A stretch of DNA of 63,503 nt from Eledone cirrhosa. Lineage: Eukaryota. How positions within the stretch are numbered: position 1 is the first letter of the stretch; each line of letters opens with the position of its first letter. The stretch is from positions 1 through 63,503 of the forward strand of contig CAXHJY010001306.1 of the NCBI GenBank assembly GCA_964016885.1, given 5' to 3'. Below are positions 1-11,839 of this stretch, in pieces. The translations under genes were made by a program, and so were the position numbers. Below the pieces are notes generated by a model, which was given only the letters and a program-made list of their open reading frames with translations, made no database searches and was not told where the DNA came from.

Positions 1-108
1 CAGTCAGGTGGCAGAAGGATTAACTGGCTACAGTTCATTAGGCTAAATGGAGGATATAAAAACAAAAACAAAAGAAAATTTAAGGAGTTTGCTTTGCATA
101 TAACCATG

Positions 109-2380
109 TAGTTTACAATAGGTACACTGTATCCCTGTGTATATAGCTGGTTTACAATAGGTACACTGTATCCCTGTATATATCTGGTTTACAATAGGTA
201 CACTGTATCCCTGTGTATATATCTGGTTTACAATAGGTACACTGTATCCCTGTGTATATATCTGGTTTACAATAGGTACACTGTATCCCTGTGTATATAT
301 CTGGTTTACAATAGGTACACTGTATCCCCGTGTGTATCTGGTTTACAATAGGTACACTGTATCCCTGTGTATATATCTGGTTTACAATAGGTACACTGTA
401 TCCCTGTATATATCTGGTTTACAATAGGTACACTGTATCCCTGTATATATAGTTTACAATAGGTACACTGTATCCCTGTATATATCTGGTTTACAATAGG
501 TACACTGTATACCTGTGTATATCTGGTTTACAATAGGTACACTGTATCCCTGTATATATCTGGTTTACAATAGGTACACTGTATCCCTGTATATATCTGG
601 TTTACAATAGGTACACTGTATCCCTGTATATATAGTTTACAATAGGTACACTGTATCCCTGTATATATCTGGTTTACAATAGGTACACTGTATACCTGTG
701 TATATCTGGTTTACAATAGGTACACCATATCCCTGTGTGTATCTGGTTTACAATAGGTACACTGTATCCCTGTGTATATATCTGGTTTACAATAGGTACA
801 CTGTATCCCTGTGTATATATCTGGTTTACAATAGGTACACTGTATCCCTGTGTATATAGCTGGTTTACAATAGGTACACTGTATCCCTGTATATATCTGG
901 TTTACAATAGGTACACTGTATACCTGTGTATATCTGGTTTACAATAGGTACACCATATCCCTGTGTGTATCTGGTTTACAATAGGTACACTGTATCCCTG
1001 TGTATATATCTGGTTTACAATAGGTACACTGTATCCCTGTGTATATATCTGGTTTACAATAGGTACACTGTATCCCTGTGTATATAGCTGGTTTACAATA
1101 GGTACACTGTATCCCTGTATATATCTGGTTTACAATAGGTACACTGTATACCTGTGTATATCTGGTTTACAATAGGTACACCATATCCCTGTGTGTATCT
1201 GGTTTACAATAGGTACACTGTATCCCTGTGTATATATCTGGTTTACAATAGGTACACTGTATCCCTGTGTGTATCTGGTTTACAATAGGTACACTGTATC
1301 CCTGTATATATCTGGTTTACAATAGATACACTGTATACCTGTGTATATCTGGTTTACAATAGGTACACCATATCCCTGTGTGTATCTGGTTTACAATAGG
1401 TACACTGTATCCCTGTGTATATATCTAGTTTACAATAGGTACACTGTATCCCTGTGTATATCTAGTTTACAATAGGTACACTGTATCCCTGTGTATATCT
1501 AGTTTACAATAGGTACACTGTATCCCTGTATATATCTGGTTTACAATAGGTACACTGTATCCCTGTGTATATATCTAGTTTACAATAGGTACACTGTATC
1601 CCTGTGTATATCTAGTTTACAATAGGTACACTGTATCCCTGTGTATATCTGGTTTACAATAGGTACACTGTATCCCTGTGTATATCTAGTTTACAATAGG
1701 TACACTGTATCCCTGTGTATATCTAGTTTACAATAGGTACACTGTATCCCTGTGTATATCTAGTTTACAATAGGTACACTGTATCCCTGTGTATATCTAG
1801 TTTACAATAGGTACACTGTATCCCTGTGTATATCTAGTTTACAATAGGTACACTGTATCCCTGTATATATCTAGTTTACAATAGGTACACTGTATCCCTG
1901 TGTGTATCTGGTTTACAATAGGTACACTGTATCCCTGTGTATATCTGGTTTACAATAGGTACACTGTATCCCTGTGTATATCTGGTTTACAATAGGTACA
2001 CTGTATCCCTGTGTATATCTAGTTTACAATAGGTACACTGTATCCCTGTGTATATCTGGTTTACAATAGGTACACTGTATCCCTGTGTATATCTGGTTTA
2101 CAATAGGTACACTGTATCCCTGTATATATAGTTTACAATAGGTACACTGTATCCCTGTGTGTATCTGGTTTACAATAGGTACACTGTATCCCTGTGTATA
2201 TCTGGTTTACAATAGGTACACTGTATCCCTGTATATATAGTTTACAATAGGTACACTGTATCCCTGTGTGTATCTGGTTTACAATAGGTACACTGTATCC
2301 CTGTGTATATCTAGTTTACAATAGGTACACTGTATCCCTGTGTGTATCTAGTTTACAATAGGCACACTGTATCCCTGTGT
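109..2380. repeat. Minisatellite, about 36-40 bp unit (GTTTACAATAGGTACACTGTATCCCTGTGTATATCTG), about 60 copies
   Basis: Direct tandem repetition; unit length varies with the (TA/TG) tract. The duplicated ORFs 735-947 and 963-1175 indicate a 228-bp higher-order repeat. Confidence 0.97.
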
Positions 2381-2699
2381 ACTGTAAGAGGTAACATAAA
2401 AGTGATGGGTGCAAATTTTTGCCTCAAAAAGTACTCCATGATTGGTATGGAGTCTGTTGTGGCTGACTAATAATAACTTTATTAACCAACCCCAACACCA
2501 CAACCATGCCCAGAACATCCTAATCCCATTTTTCTTCTGGTTCTGATTATATTTCTTCATCCCTATCTCCTCCAGTGCTACATTACACCCCTCACCCCTC
2601 ATATAGCATACAGTTTTGGGCTGAAGCTAACACAAATTGTCTGGTCACTAATTTCCTATCTAGCCATCAAAAAAGGTTTAAGCTAGGCTGCCTAACCTA

Positions 2700-2824
2700 T
2701 AATAATAATCGTTTCTACTTTTGGCACAAGGCCAGCAATTATTCCAGTGTATTACTGGTACTTTATTTTATCGACCCCGTAAGGATGAAAGGCAAAGTTA
2801 ACCTCAGCGGGATTTGAACTCAGA
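2700..2824 (-). mobile_element. 5'-truncated Meta-domain tRNA-SINE
   Basis: Reverse complement of GAGTTCAAATCCCGCTGAGGTTAACTTTGCCTTTCATCCTTACGGGGTCGATAAAATAAAGTACCAG...(ATT)n, shared with many other copies in the window. Confidence 0.85.
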
Positions 2825-2825
2825 A

Positions 2826-2918
2826 ATGATTTCTACTATAGGCACAAGGCCAACAATTTCTGGGGAGCGGAAAGTCGATTAAATCAACCCCAGTGCATTA
2901 CTGGTACTTTATTTTATC
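2826..2918 (-). mobile_element. Meta-domain SINE 3' fragment
   Basis: TTTCTACTATAGGCACAAGGCC...CCCCAGTGCATTACTGGTACTTTATTTTATC matches the family tail. Confidence 0.7.
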
Positions 2919-3124
2919 TGCCCCCACCCCCACCCACACACATACAAAATAAGCCACACAAGTAGATACATCACACCTCTATTTCACATACCAACATTTA
3001 CTGTTACCATATATTTTGAACTGAGGTTTTGTATGTTCAGATAAGGCAGTCACGTGTTGCTTTTTCTCATCCTCATACATAGAAATAAGTGAAACACATA
3101 CACATACACACACATCTATCTATG

Positions 3125-3156
<32 letters not shown>

Positions 3157-3247
3157 TATATACACGCTAAATTCCATTTTAAGAGATGTAAATTAAATGG
3201 TGTGACATTTTAGATACATAACAGGGGTGGGGAGAGAGACAATGAGT

Positions 3248-3253
3248 GACAGA

Positions 3254-3329
<76 letters not shown>

Positions 3330-3330
3330 A

Positions 3331-3377
<47 letters not shown>

Positions 3378-3512
3378 AAGACAAAGAGAGAGAGAGACAA
3401 AGACAAAGAGAGAGATAGAGAGAGGCAAAGAGAGAAAGAGAGAGATAGAGAGAGGCAAAGAGAGGCAAAGAGAGGCAAAGAGAGGCAAAGAGAGAGAGAG
3501 AGAGAGAGAGAC
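3248..3512. repeat. (GA)n microsatellite with GGCAAA/GACAAA interruptions
   Basis: Direct inspection. Confidence 0.95.
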
Positions 3513-3679
3513 ATAGGGACATTTAAAATTGATGTCCCAGTCTGAAAAATAATGAATATAAAAAAACTGGGAGCAGATTTAATGGATCATATAATATTTG
3601 GGTCAATCAAACATTGATTAAATATATGTTAAACATGTCACATGATCATAGAGAGACTAACCTTGAACTAATACACAGC

Positions 3680-3792
3680 CCCATGGTTTTGGGGGTTAAG
3701 TCCCACTGTGTGCTACCTTGAATCAGAGTTCCCTACTACAGCCTGGAATTAATCATCACCTTGTGGTTGAAATCCAGAAGATGGAATCTAAG
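3680..3792 (+). mobile_element. Degenerate CORE-SINE fragment
   Basis: GGTTAAGTCCCACTGTGTGCTACCTTGAATCAGAGT resembles a B-box plus CORE start; related to the reverse-strand copy at 24520-25005. Confidence 0.4.
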
Positions 3793-3983
3793 TATATAAC
3801 CATCACAATATATATATATAATATATATCGGGACCTCCGATTCATATATATATATATAGGCATGTGCTCTGATGCCCATCTTTTTCTGTTCAGTGGGATT
3901 ACACACCTCGTTATTATTAAAGTATTGTATTTAGTCAATGTTGCAACAAAATCTTATTCAATTTTATATGTATATATATATCC

Positions 3984-4301
3984 CACCCCATCCACACCGC
4001 CCCTTTCAATGTAAAAGTTATGTTGGTGCCACAACATCCAGGCCGAAACAAATGAGATCGTGTAGATGGCACGACAAAAAACACACAGTCCACGCTGTAA
4101 TGTGGCCGTCTAGGCAACACGGTAAAAACCTCCCAGCCCCACACTGTAAATGTGGTTGGTGTTAGGAAGGGCATCCAACTGTAGAAAACCCGCCAGACAG
4201 TCCTATGCGAGCAAGACAACCACTCTTGCCTCAAGTGGGAAAACTCCCGTCCAAACCCATGCAAGCGTGGAACATGGACGTTAAACGATGATGATGATGA
4301 T
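3984..4301 (+). mobile_element. 5'-truncated RTE LINE 3' UTR with (GAT)n tail
   Basis: Colinear with 37915-38240, the 3' UTR of the RT-coding copy; ends GGACGTTAAACGATGATGATG; flanked by (TA)n. Confidence 0.85.
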
Positions 4302-4310
4302 ATATATATA

Positions 4311-4538
4311 TAACCCTTTAACATTTAAATTACTCTATATATACTATTATATATTCATGGTAAAGGCTTTACCTCACATAATTATCTCACATAATATTGA
4401 ATCTATGAGATTTTGATATTATTTATTTTGTGAACAATACCTTAATATCAGTTTGAGCAGCTGGTTACAGCTGGTTTGAACAGAACGAGGTGAGAGAATT
4501 CAGGCTGGATACGGCAGGTTTAAATGTTAAAGGGTTAA
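4311..4538. mobile_element. piggyBac-like MITE (family 1, about 220 bp)
   Basis: Termini TAA-CCCTTTAACATTT...AAATGTTAAAGGG-TTAA; six copies in the window. Confidence 0.8.
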
Positions 4539-4559
4539 AGCAACAGTTGAGTTCATTCT

Positions 4560-4860
4560 TCATGGCCATTAACAAAAACTCTCACAAAGAGGATTAATGG
4601 TACATACATGTGAATGCTAAGAATGGTCCAGAACATATCCTGGAGAACACATGTAGCAAATAAATCTTTCTACAGTTCACAACTTCGCCTTTCTCACATC
4701 ATAAGGCGTAGGGGGGATGGGGAGGGGGGGGCATTAGCCGGACATGAGAAGCATCACAATGAACCTGCTAGCTGAGTTATCTGGAAACTAGACTAGATGT
4801 ATGCAGACGAGTTGGGAGCCAAACCATCGCACTGAAGGATATCCTTGACGATGTCACCAG
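4560..4860 (+). pseudogene. Highly degenerate LINE RT C-terminal fragment
   Basis: Translates to RINGTYM*MLRMVQNISWR and ALAGHEKHHNEPAS*VIW, resembling the RTE-group post-RT motifs LDGxYTRMLRxxxNISW and LAGH. Confidence 0.55.
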
Positions 4861-5024
4861 GTTGGAAGCAGGGGTACTTCAGATGGTAATGCTGAACAGG
4901 GTGAACTGGAAGAGGAACTTTGTCATGGCACCGGTAATGAATATGTAAAGGATGAGTATATATTAGTTGTGGCAAATTGGTAATGTCATCAGTTCTTATC
5001 TGAAATTATCTTGGAAGATTTTCA

Positions 5025-5356
5025 TTTAACCGTCTTTATATCAAAATGCCTGAAATCACACCTGGTTCTATCGTGATTTCATGCAAGAACGTTTGTTATG
5101 GTCCAAACAACACTGGATCTATGGTACAAAACTGTTTCTTTTAAAGTGTTTATATTTATGTACAAGCCCTCCATCATGATTTCATGTAAGAACCTTTGTT
5201 GAGTTATGTTCCAAACAGCAGCTTTATGACATGAAAGCTTGTTATGTTTCATTAAATAACCCCCCCCCCCCAAAAAAAAAAAAAATTCTTGATTAATTAA
5301 GATAATTATTTGAAAATCATAGAAAATGTTTTTCATTAGAAATATGATAACGAAAG
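5025..5356. mobile_element. Degenerate MITE-like dispersed repeat (family 2)
   Basis: Shares CCTGGTTCTATG, AAGAACCTTT, TTATGTTCCAAAC and TTAGAAATATG motifs with 39200-39551, 40449-41000 and 41700-41850. Confidence 0.45.
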
Positions 5357-5902
5357 GAACCCTTCAAAATAGGTGTTGTTTAGGGGAAGCAGGGCCAGTT
5401 TTGGCTGAGCTGGGTTGAGCTGATTTTAAAAAGGGCTAAGGCAGTGCCCCAACACTGCCACAGTCTAATACCAGTAAAAGTGAATAAATAAATAAATAAA
5501 TAAATAAATAAATGGCATACACCCCCTCTCCCTCTTACCAAAGTTTCATTGTTTTAGTAATTAAAAGAAACTACCGTTTCTTTTTCTTAGCCAACTTCTC
5601 AAACGAGGTTGTTAAACCAGTCGAGACTGGTTGTAAGACCAGCTTTTTTTTAGACACACACACACACACACACACACGTCCTCGGCCACTTTATATAGAA
5701 AAACAAAACTAAAACAAACAATATTTTAAACAAAACACCCAAAAGCATAAGTGGAAAGTAAATTAAAAACAAACAAAACAATAACCCCCCACCCACCAAA
5801 AAAATATTTATTTATCTGACCATCCAGTTTTAATTATAATTAGATAACCATATTAATTGGCTTTACAGGTGTTCATTAGCAGATCTTGAGATAATTATAC
5901 TA

Positions 5903-6112
5903 ATCATCATCATCATGGTTATGATGGTCACTTTATGTCCACTGTCCATGTAAGCATGGGTTGGATGGGATGTCACGGTCCCGAAACTTGACCAATCAGG
6001 GAACTATACCTTGCTCATATGTTCTATTTTCTGACATGGTTTCTATGGCTGGATGACCATTCCTAACTCCAACTCCTTTACAGAGTGTACTAGGTGCATT
6101 TTATCATGGCAC
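5903..6112 (-). mobile_element. Degenerate RTE-tail element (SINE or LINE 3' end)
   Basis: CATCATCAT...TCCATGTAAGCATGGGTTGGA...CTGGATGACCATTCCTAACTCCAAC, the reverse of the family tail. Confidence 0.65.
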
Positions 6113-7320
6113 CAACACTACCACTATACAGAGTGTACTGGGTGTATTTTATCATACCACCAACACTACCACTTTACAGAGTGTAGTGGGTGTATTTTAT
6201 CATAGCACTAACACTACCACTATACAGAGTGTACTGGGTGTATTGTATCATGCCACCAACACTACCACTATACAACAGAGTGTACTGGGTGCATTTTATC
6301 ATAGCACCAACACCACTATACAGAGTGTACTGGGTGTATTTTATCATGGCACCAACACTACCACTTTACAGAGTGTACTGGGTGCATTTTATCATGGCAC
6401 CAACACTACCACTATACAACAGAGTGTACTAGGTGTATTTTATCATGGCACCAACACTACCAGTATACAACAGAGTGTACTGGGTGTATTTTATACCACC
6501 AACACTACCACTATACAGAGTGTACTGGGTGCATTTTATCATGGCACCAACACTACCACTATACAACAGAGTGTACTGGGTGTATTTTATCATGGCACCA
6601 ACACTACCACTATACAACAGAGTGTACTGGGTGTATTTTATTGTGGCACCAACACTACCACTATACAACAGAGTGTACTGGATGCATTTTATTGTGGCAC
6701 CAACACTACCACTATACAACAGAGTGTACTGGATGCATTTTATTGTGGCACCAACACTACCACTATACAACAGAGTGTACTGGGTGTATTTTATTGTGGC
6801 ACCAACACTACCACTATACAACAGAGTGTACTGGATGCATTTTCTCATGGCACCAACACTACCACTATACAACAGAGTGTACTGGATGTATTTTATCATG
6901 GCACCAACACTACCACTATACAACAGAGTGTACTGGGTGTATTTTATTGTGGCACCAACACTACCACTATACAACAGAGTGTACTGGATGCATTTTATTG
7001 TGGCACCAACACTACCACTATACAACAGAGTGTACTGGATGCATTTTATTGTGGCACCAACACTACCACTATACAACAGAGTGTACTGGGTGTATTTTAT
7101 TGTGGCACCAACACTACCACTATACAACAGAGTGTACTGGATGCATTTTCTCATGGCACCAACACTACCACTATACAACAGAGTGTACTGGATGTATTTT
7201 ATCATGGCACCAACACTACCACTATACAACAGAGTGTACTGGGTGTATTTTATCATGGCACCAACACTACCACTTTACAGAGTGTACTGGGGGCATTTTA
7301 TCATGGCACCAACACTACCT
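6075..7320. repeat. 48/51-bp minisatellite derived from the adjacent retroposon segment, about 25 copies
   Basis: Unit TTTTATCATGGCACCAACACTACCACTATACAACAGAGTGTACTGGGTGTA continues directly from the element at 5903-6112. Confidence 0.95.
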
Positions 7321-7456
7321 ATATATAGAGAAGATTGAATCACTACAATTTAAAAAAAAGGTTTCTACTTTCTGCCTTTACTAAAATGAATAAGTTGGGT
7401 CCTATTTTAATTAATCTTTAACGATACCAAAATAAACTGAGGAATTACCAGAACAT

Positions 7457-7912
7457 CAGTTCAAACCCTACATATAGAATGCTGTGAAGTATTTGCCCCA
7501 TCTCTCTGCCCTACCAGTTCAAACCCTACATATAGAATGTTATGAAGTGTTTGCCCCATCTCTCTGCCCTACCAGTTCAAACCCTACATATAGAATGTTG
7601 TGAAGTATTTGCCCCATCTCTCTGCCCTACCAGTTCAAACTCTACAGATAGAATGTTGTGAAGTATTTGCCCCATCTCTCTGCCCTACCAGTTCAAACCC
7701 TACATATAGAATGTTGTGAAGTATTTACCCCAACTCTCTGCCCTACCAGTTCAAACCCTACATATAGAATGTTGTGAAGTATTTGCCCCATCTCTCTGCC
7801 CTACCAGTTCAAACTCTACATATAGAATGTTGTGAAGTATTTGCCCCATCTCTCTGTAGAATGTTGTGAAGTATTTGCCCCATCTCTCTGCCCTACCAGT
7901 TCAAACTCTACC
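7457..7912. repeat. 58-bp minisatellite derived from a SINE tRNA-head/B-box segment, about 8 copies
   Basis: Unit CAGTTCAAACCCTACATATAGAATGTTGTGAAGTATTTGCCCCATCTCTCTGCCCTAC; the last unit runs into a Meta domain. Confidence 0.93.
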
Positions 7913-7982
7913 AAGGTCAACTTTGCCTTTCATCCTATTCAGGTCAATTAATAAAATACCAGTTCAATACTGGGATCGATTA
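7898..7982 (+). mobile_element. Meta-domain SINE body
   Basis: GTTCAAACTCTACCAAGGTCAACTTTGCCTTTCATCC...AAAATACCAGTT. Confidence 0.75.
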
Positions 7983-8552
7983 TTTCTCTCTCTGGAAGAA
8001 ATTGGTTGAGGTAAGATCTGGTAAGGAATGAGCTCTGCCAGGTGCCAGGTTTAAAACACCTAAGACACACTGGATGTCACAATAGTGCCCGTATGATTTA
8101 ATCAGGAGATGAGGGTTCAATAATTTTAGAACATAAATCAATGTTTACCCTTATATTAAAAGTGTCCATCAGAATTTTTTATTTTAGAAATTTTTGTTAA
8201 GTAATGTTCCTAATAGCTTACTAATGAAAAATTTAGTTATTTTAATGAATTCTTCAAAATTTTTGATACAAAAACAAAAGTTAACCTTATTCTCGCTACA
8301 AACTAATAAAAATGTCATTAAGCCGAAAGTGGGTCCTCATTCAAAACAGACCTATGATAAAAAGGAGTCCAGTAGTGACCATCCTATCTTTTATGCAATT
8401 ATAGTGTATAAAAGATGAAGGGACATAGCGAGTGGAGAAATACTGCGTTGAAAAAGACCTGTTCAACCCATGCAAGCATAGAAAAACAGACGTAAAAATG
8501 ATGATGATGAACAGAATGAAAATAAAAAACAACAAAATATATCTAAAGTCTG

Positions 8553-8828
8553 TCTTAAGCCAGAAGGCTCGTTAAAGCCAATGTTTATCCCGGTTTCATG
8601 GCGTGAAGCGACTGAGAATACAAGACTCCCTCTTGGACAAGACGCCAGTCCATCGCAGGGTTAAATCCCCAGCTATTGCTGGTACTCATTTTCAGCTGAG
8701 TATACTGGAGCAACATGAAGTGAAGTGTTTTTTGCTCAACAACACAACACACACAGCCCAGCCTAAGAATCAACCCCACAACATTAGGATCGTAAGTCCA
8801 GCACCGTTACCACTAGGCCACACACCTC
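8553..8828 (-). mobile_element. tRNA-derived CORE-SINE (tail differs from the RTE-tail family)
   Basis: Minus strand has head GAGGTGTGTGGCCTAGTGGTAA (A box) and CORE-like TTGAGCAAAAAACACTTCACTTCATGTTGCTCCAGTATACTCAGCTG. Confidence 0.75.
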
Positions 8829-8873
8829 AACAACAACAACAACATAATAAAAATAATAATAATAATAATAATA

Positions 8874-9002
8874 GTTTCTACTTTTGGCACAAGGCCAGCA
8901 ATTACCCCAGTGATTTACTGGTACTTTATTTTACGGGGTTGATAAAATAAAGCACCAGTAATGCATTGGGGTAATTGCTGGCCTTGTGCCAAAAGTAGAA
9001 AC
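8874..9002. repeat. Inverted pair of Meta-SINE 3' ends (60-bp arms, 9-bp spacer)
   Basis: 8874-8933 is the near reverse complement of 8943-9002. Confidence 0.85.
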
Positions 9003-9119
9003 ATAGGCCACACACCTCCACAACAATACATATATATAACAACAACAACAACAATGCTTTCTTTATTAACCACAAGGGTTGACAAAGTATAACATTAAGG
9101 ACAGCAGTGGACCGTAGAT

Positions 9120-9232
9120 ATAATAATAACAATAATAATTGTTTTTACTTTAGGCACAAGGCCAGCAATCACCCAGTGCATTACTGGTACTTTATTTTAT
9201 CGACCCCGTAAGGATGAAAGGCAAAGTCAACA
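9120..9232 (-). mobile_element. Meta-domain SINE 3' fragment
   Basis: Family consensus tail plus Meta domain. Confidence 0.85.
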
Positions 9233-9260
9233 ACAATAATAATAAAAGAAATGTACTTAC

Positions 9261-9330
9261 CGATTATTATTACTTCATAAACCTTCTGTTTGTCAGCAAT
9301 ATCACAGTTTTTTAGATCAAAGGGTGGCAT
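9261..9330 (-). CDS. Candidate first coding exon, MPPFDLKNCDIADKQKVYEVIIIG (possible FAD/NAD Rossmann beta1 strand)
   Basis: AAAATG start, 70 nt open frame, strong phase-1 donor CG|GTAAGT. No downstream exon found, and the + strand could instead be an old LINE 3' end. Confidence 0.25.
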
Positions 9331-9592
9331 TTTCTACCCTCTACCACACAACACTATTTCTAACCAACTTAATACTCTATTATTTTTATTGTCTTGTTTC
9401 TGTGGCTTTTATGATGCAATATTTTAATACCTATTTCATGTTTTTCTTTCTTGATTAAATTTTATTAAGTCTATTATTATGTAACATTATTACACTCTTA
9501 TTCATGGGGTAAATAAATATATATATATATTCATATTTACATATTCATATATATATATATATATATATGCATATTCCTATATATATATATAT

Positions 9593-9623
<31 letters not shown>

Positions 9624-10035
9624 ATGTATATGTGTGTGTGTGTGTGCGTGTATGTGTGTGCGTGTGTGTGTGGTGTGTGTATTTATTTATATATAAGTCT
9701 TTGTTTTATCCAGTCCCCCACAACTATTCTAACCACCTCCCTATGTCTATAATATTTACTCTATTGTATATGTGTTGTGTCCTTATTTTGGCAAATAAAG
9801 CATTATTATTATTATTATTATTATTGGTAAAGGGTCAGTCAATCCACATTTTCAACAGCTTACTATATTACTATTACTGATAGTAATAATATTGTTACTA
9901 CTACTACTACTACTACTACTACTAGCACAGTGACAGTCTTCTATGCCATGAATGGTTAGAGAAAATAAGACAAGAGCAGTGGTCGTGAAGAAGGACAACA
10001 CGATTAACCAGTACTGAAGTGTTTCAAAAACTCAC

Positions 10036-10272
10036 CGTCTATATCTATATATTGACTGAATGACGGACTGTCAACCTCACGGATATATACATACACACAA
10101 ATGTTGATGATGTCTGTAGTAGTAATAGTAGTAGTAGTAATAGTAGTAATAGTAGTAGTAGTAGTAGTTGTAGTAGTTGTTGTAGTAGTTGTAGTAGTAG
10201 TAATTATTGTCAGTTGCCAAGGGCAACACGGACAGTGGTCTATTAGAACCAGTGGCTGCTGTTTCCTCTCAT
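10036..10272 (-). other. Candidate exon (237 nt, one open frame, phase 1-1, poly-Thr)
   Basis: Acceptor TTTTATTTTTGCAG|AT and donor ACG|GTGAGT; frame ERKQQPLVLIDHCPCCPWQLTII(T-rich)DIINICVYVYIREVDSPSFSQYIDID has no stop. Confidence 0.4.
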
Positions 10273-10337
10273 CTGCAAAAATAAAATAAAATAAAATAAT
10301 AAAAATAAAAATAAAAATAAAAATAAAAATAAAATAA

Positions 10338-10707
10338 AATAATTTCTACTTTTGGCACAAGGCCAGCAATTATCCCAGTACATTACTGGTACTTTATTTT
10401 ATCGACCCCCGTAAGGATGAAAGGCAAAGTTAACCTCGGCGGGATTTGAACTCAGACCATAAAGGGCCGGAACTCTTTGCTGCAAAGCATGGCATCCGAC
10501 CCTCTACCGATACTGCCAATAATTGTTTTTACTTTTGGCACAAGGCTAGCAATTATCCCAGTGTATTACTGGTACTTTATTTTATCGACCCCGTAAGGAT
10601 GAAAGGCAAAGTTAACCTTGGCGGGATTTGAACTCAGATCGTAAAGGGACGTAACTCTGCTGGAAAGCATGTCTGACCCTCTAGCGATACTGCCAATCCA
10701 CCAAACC

Positions 10708-10710
<3 letters not shown>
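10338..10710 (-). mobile_element. Two near-full-length Meta-domain tRNA-SINEs in tandem
   Basis: Each has an A box (TGGCAGTATCG), a B box (GAGTTCAAATC), a Meta domain and a tail. Confidence 0.88.
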
Positions 10711-10740
<30 letters not shown>

Positions 10741-11454
10741 TGTTTCTACTTTAGGCACAAGGCCAGCAATTACCCAGTGTATTACTGGTACTTTATTTTA
10801 TCGACCCCGAAAGGATGAAAGACAAAGTCAACCTAATAATAATAATAATTGTTTTTACTTTAGGCACAAGGCCAGCAATTATCCCAGTGTATTACTGGTA
10901 CTTTATTTTATCGACCCCGAAAGGATGAAAGACAAAGTCAACCTAATAATAATAATAATTGTTTTTACTTTAGGCACAAGGCCAGCAATTATCCCAGTGT
11001 ATTACTGGTACTTTATTTTATCGACCCCGAAAGGATGAAAGACAAAGTCAACCTAATAATAATAATAATTGTTTTTACTTTAGGCACAAGGCCAGCAATT
11101 ATCCCAGTGTATTACTGGTACTTTATTTTATCGACCCCGAAAGGATGAAAGACAAAGTCAACCTAATAATAATAATAATTGTTTTTACTTTAGGCACAAG
11201 GCCAGCAATTATCCCAGTGTATTACTGGTACTTTATTTTATCGACCCCGAAAGGATGAAAGACAAAGTCAACCTAATAATAATAATAATTGCTTCTACTT
11301 TAGGCACAAGGCCAGCAATTATCCCAGTGCATTACTGGTACTTTATTTTATCGACCCCGAAAGGATGAAAGGCAAAGTCAACCTAATAATAATAATAATA
11401 ATAATAATTGTTTTTACTTTTGGCACAAGGCCAGCAATTACCCCAGTGTATTAC
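10711..11454 (-). repeat. Tandem array of an about 110-bp Meta-SINE 3' half, about 6.5 copies
   Basis: Unit (AAT)n-TGTTTTTACTTTAGGCACAAGG...GACAAAGTCAACCT repeated head to tail. Confidence 0.93.
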
Positions 11455-11456
11455 AT

Positions 11457-11549
11457 GGCGGTGGATTGGCAGTATCGGTAGAGGGTCGGACACCATGCTT
11501 TGCAGCATAGTTACGTCCCTTTACGACCCGAGTTCAAATCGCGCCGAGG
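11457..11549 (+). mobile_element. SINE tRNA-like head (5' part only)
   Basis: GGCGGTGGATTGGCAGTATCGGTAGAG...GAGTTCAAATCGCGCCGAGG with Pol III A and B boxes. Confidence 0.8.
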
Positions 11550-11839
11550 AACATTGTGACAGTACAGGATGAAAACAGTGTGTGTATGTGTCTTTGTGTG
11601 TATGTGTCTTTGTGTGTGTGTGTGTCTTTGTGTGTATGTGTGTTTATGTGTGGGTTTTGTGTATAAACAAATTTTAAAACAACCGTTCCTCAATCGGGTG
11701 GAGACGTTCAGGGGTCATTCACGGAAAAAACTCCCATAAAACTATAATAATGATAAGCACAAACAATATATATACAATATATATATACAATATATATATA
11801 CAATATATAACAATAATATTTAGCACAATAGTAAAGAGG

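Noticed and set aside
109-2380. CRISPR-like regular repeats (also the 32-bp array at 40459-40845)
   Set aside because: Units are contiguous with no unique spacers, there are no cas genes, and the context is eukaryotic.
6186-7384. Repetitive ORFs (also 12923-14028) resembling mucin or antifreeze-like proteins
   Set aside because: Open in multiple frames and strands, and the unit derives from a retroposon 3' UTR.
11457-11549. Possible tRNA genes (also 16490-16566 and 23666-23760)
   Set aside because: A and B boxes are present but belong to SINE heads; no convincing cloverleaf.
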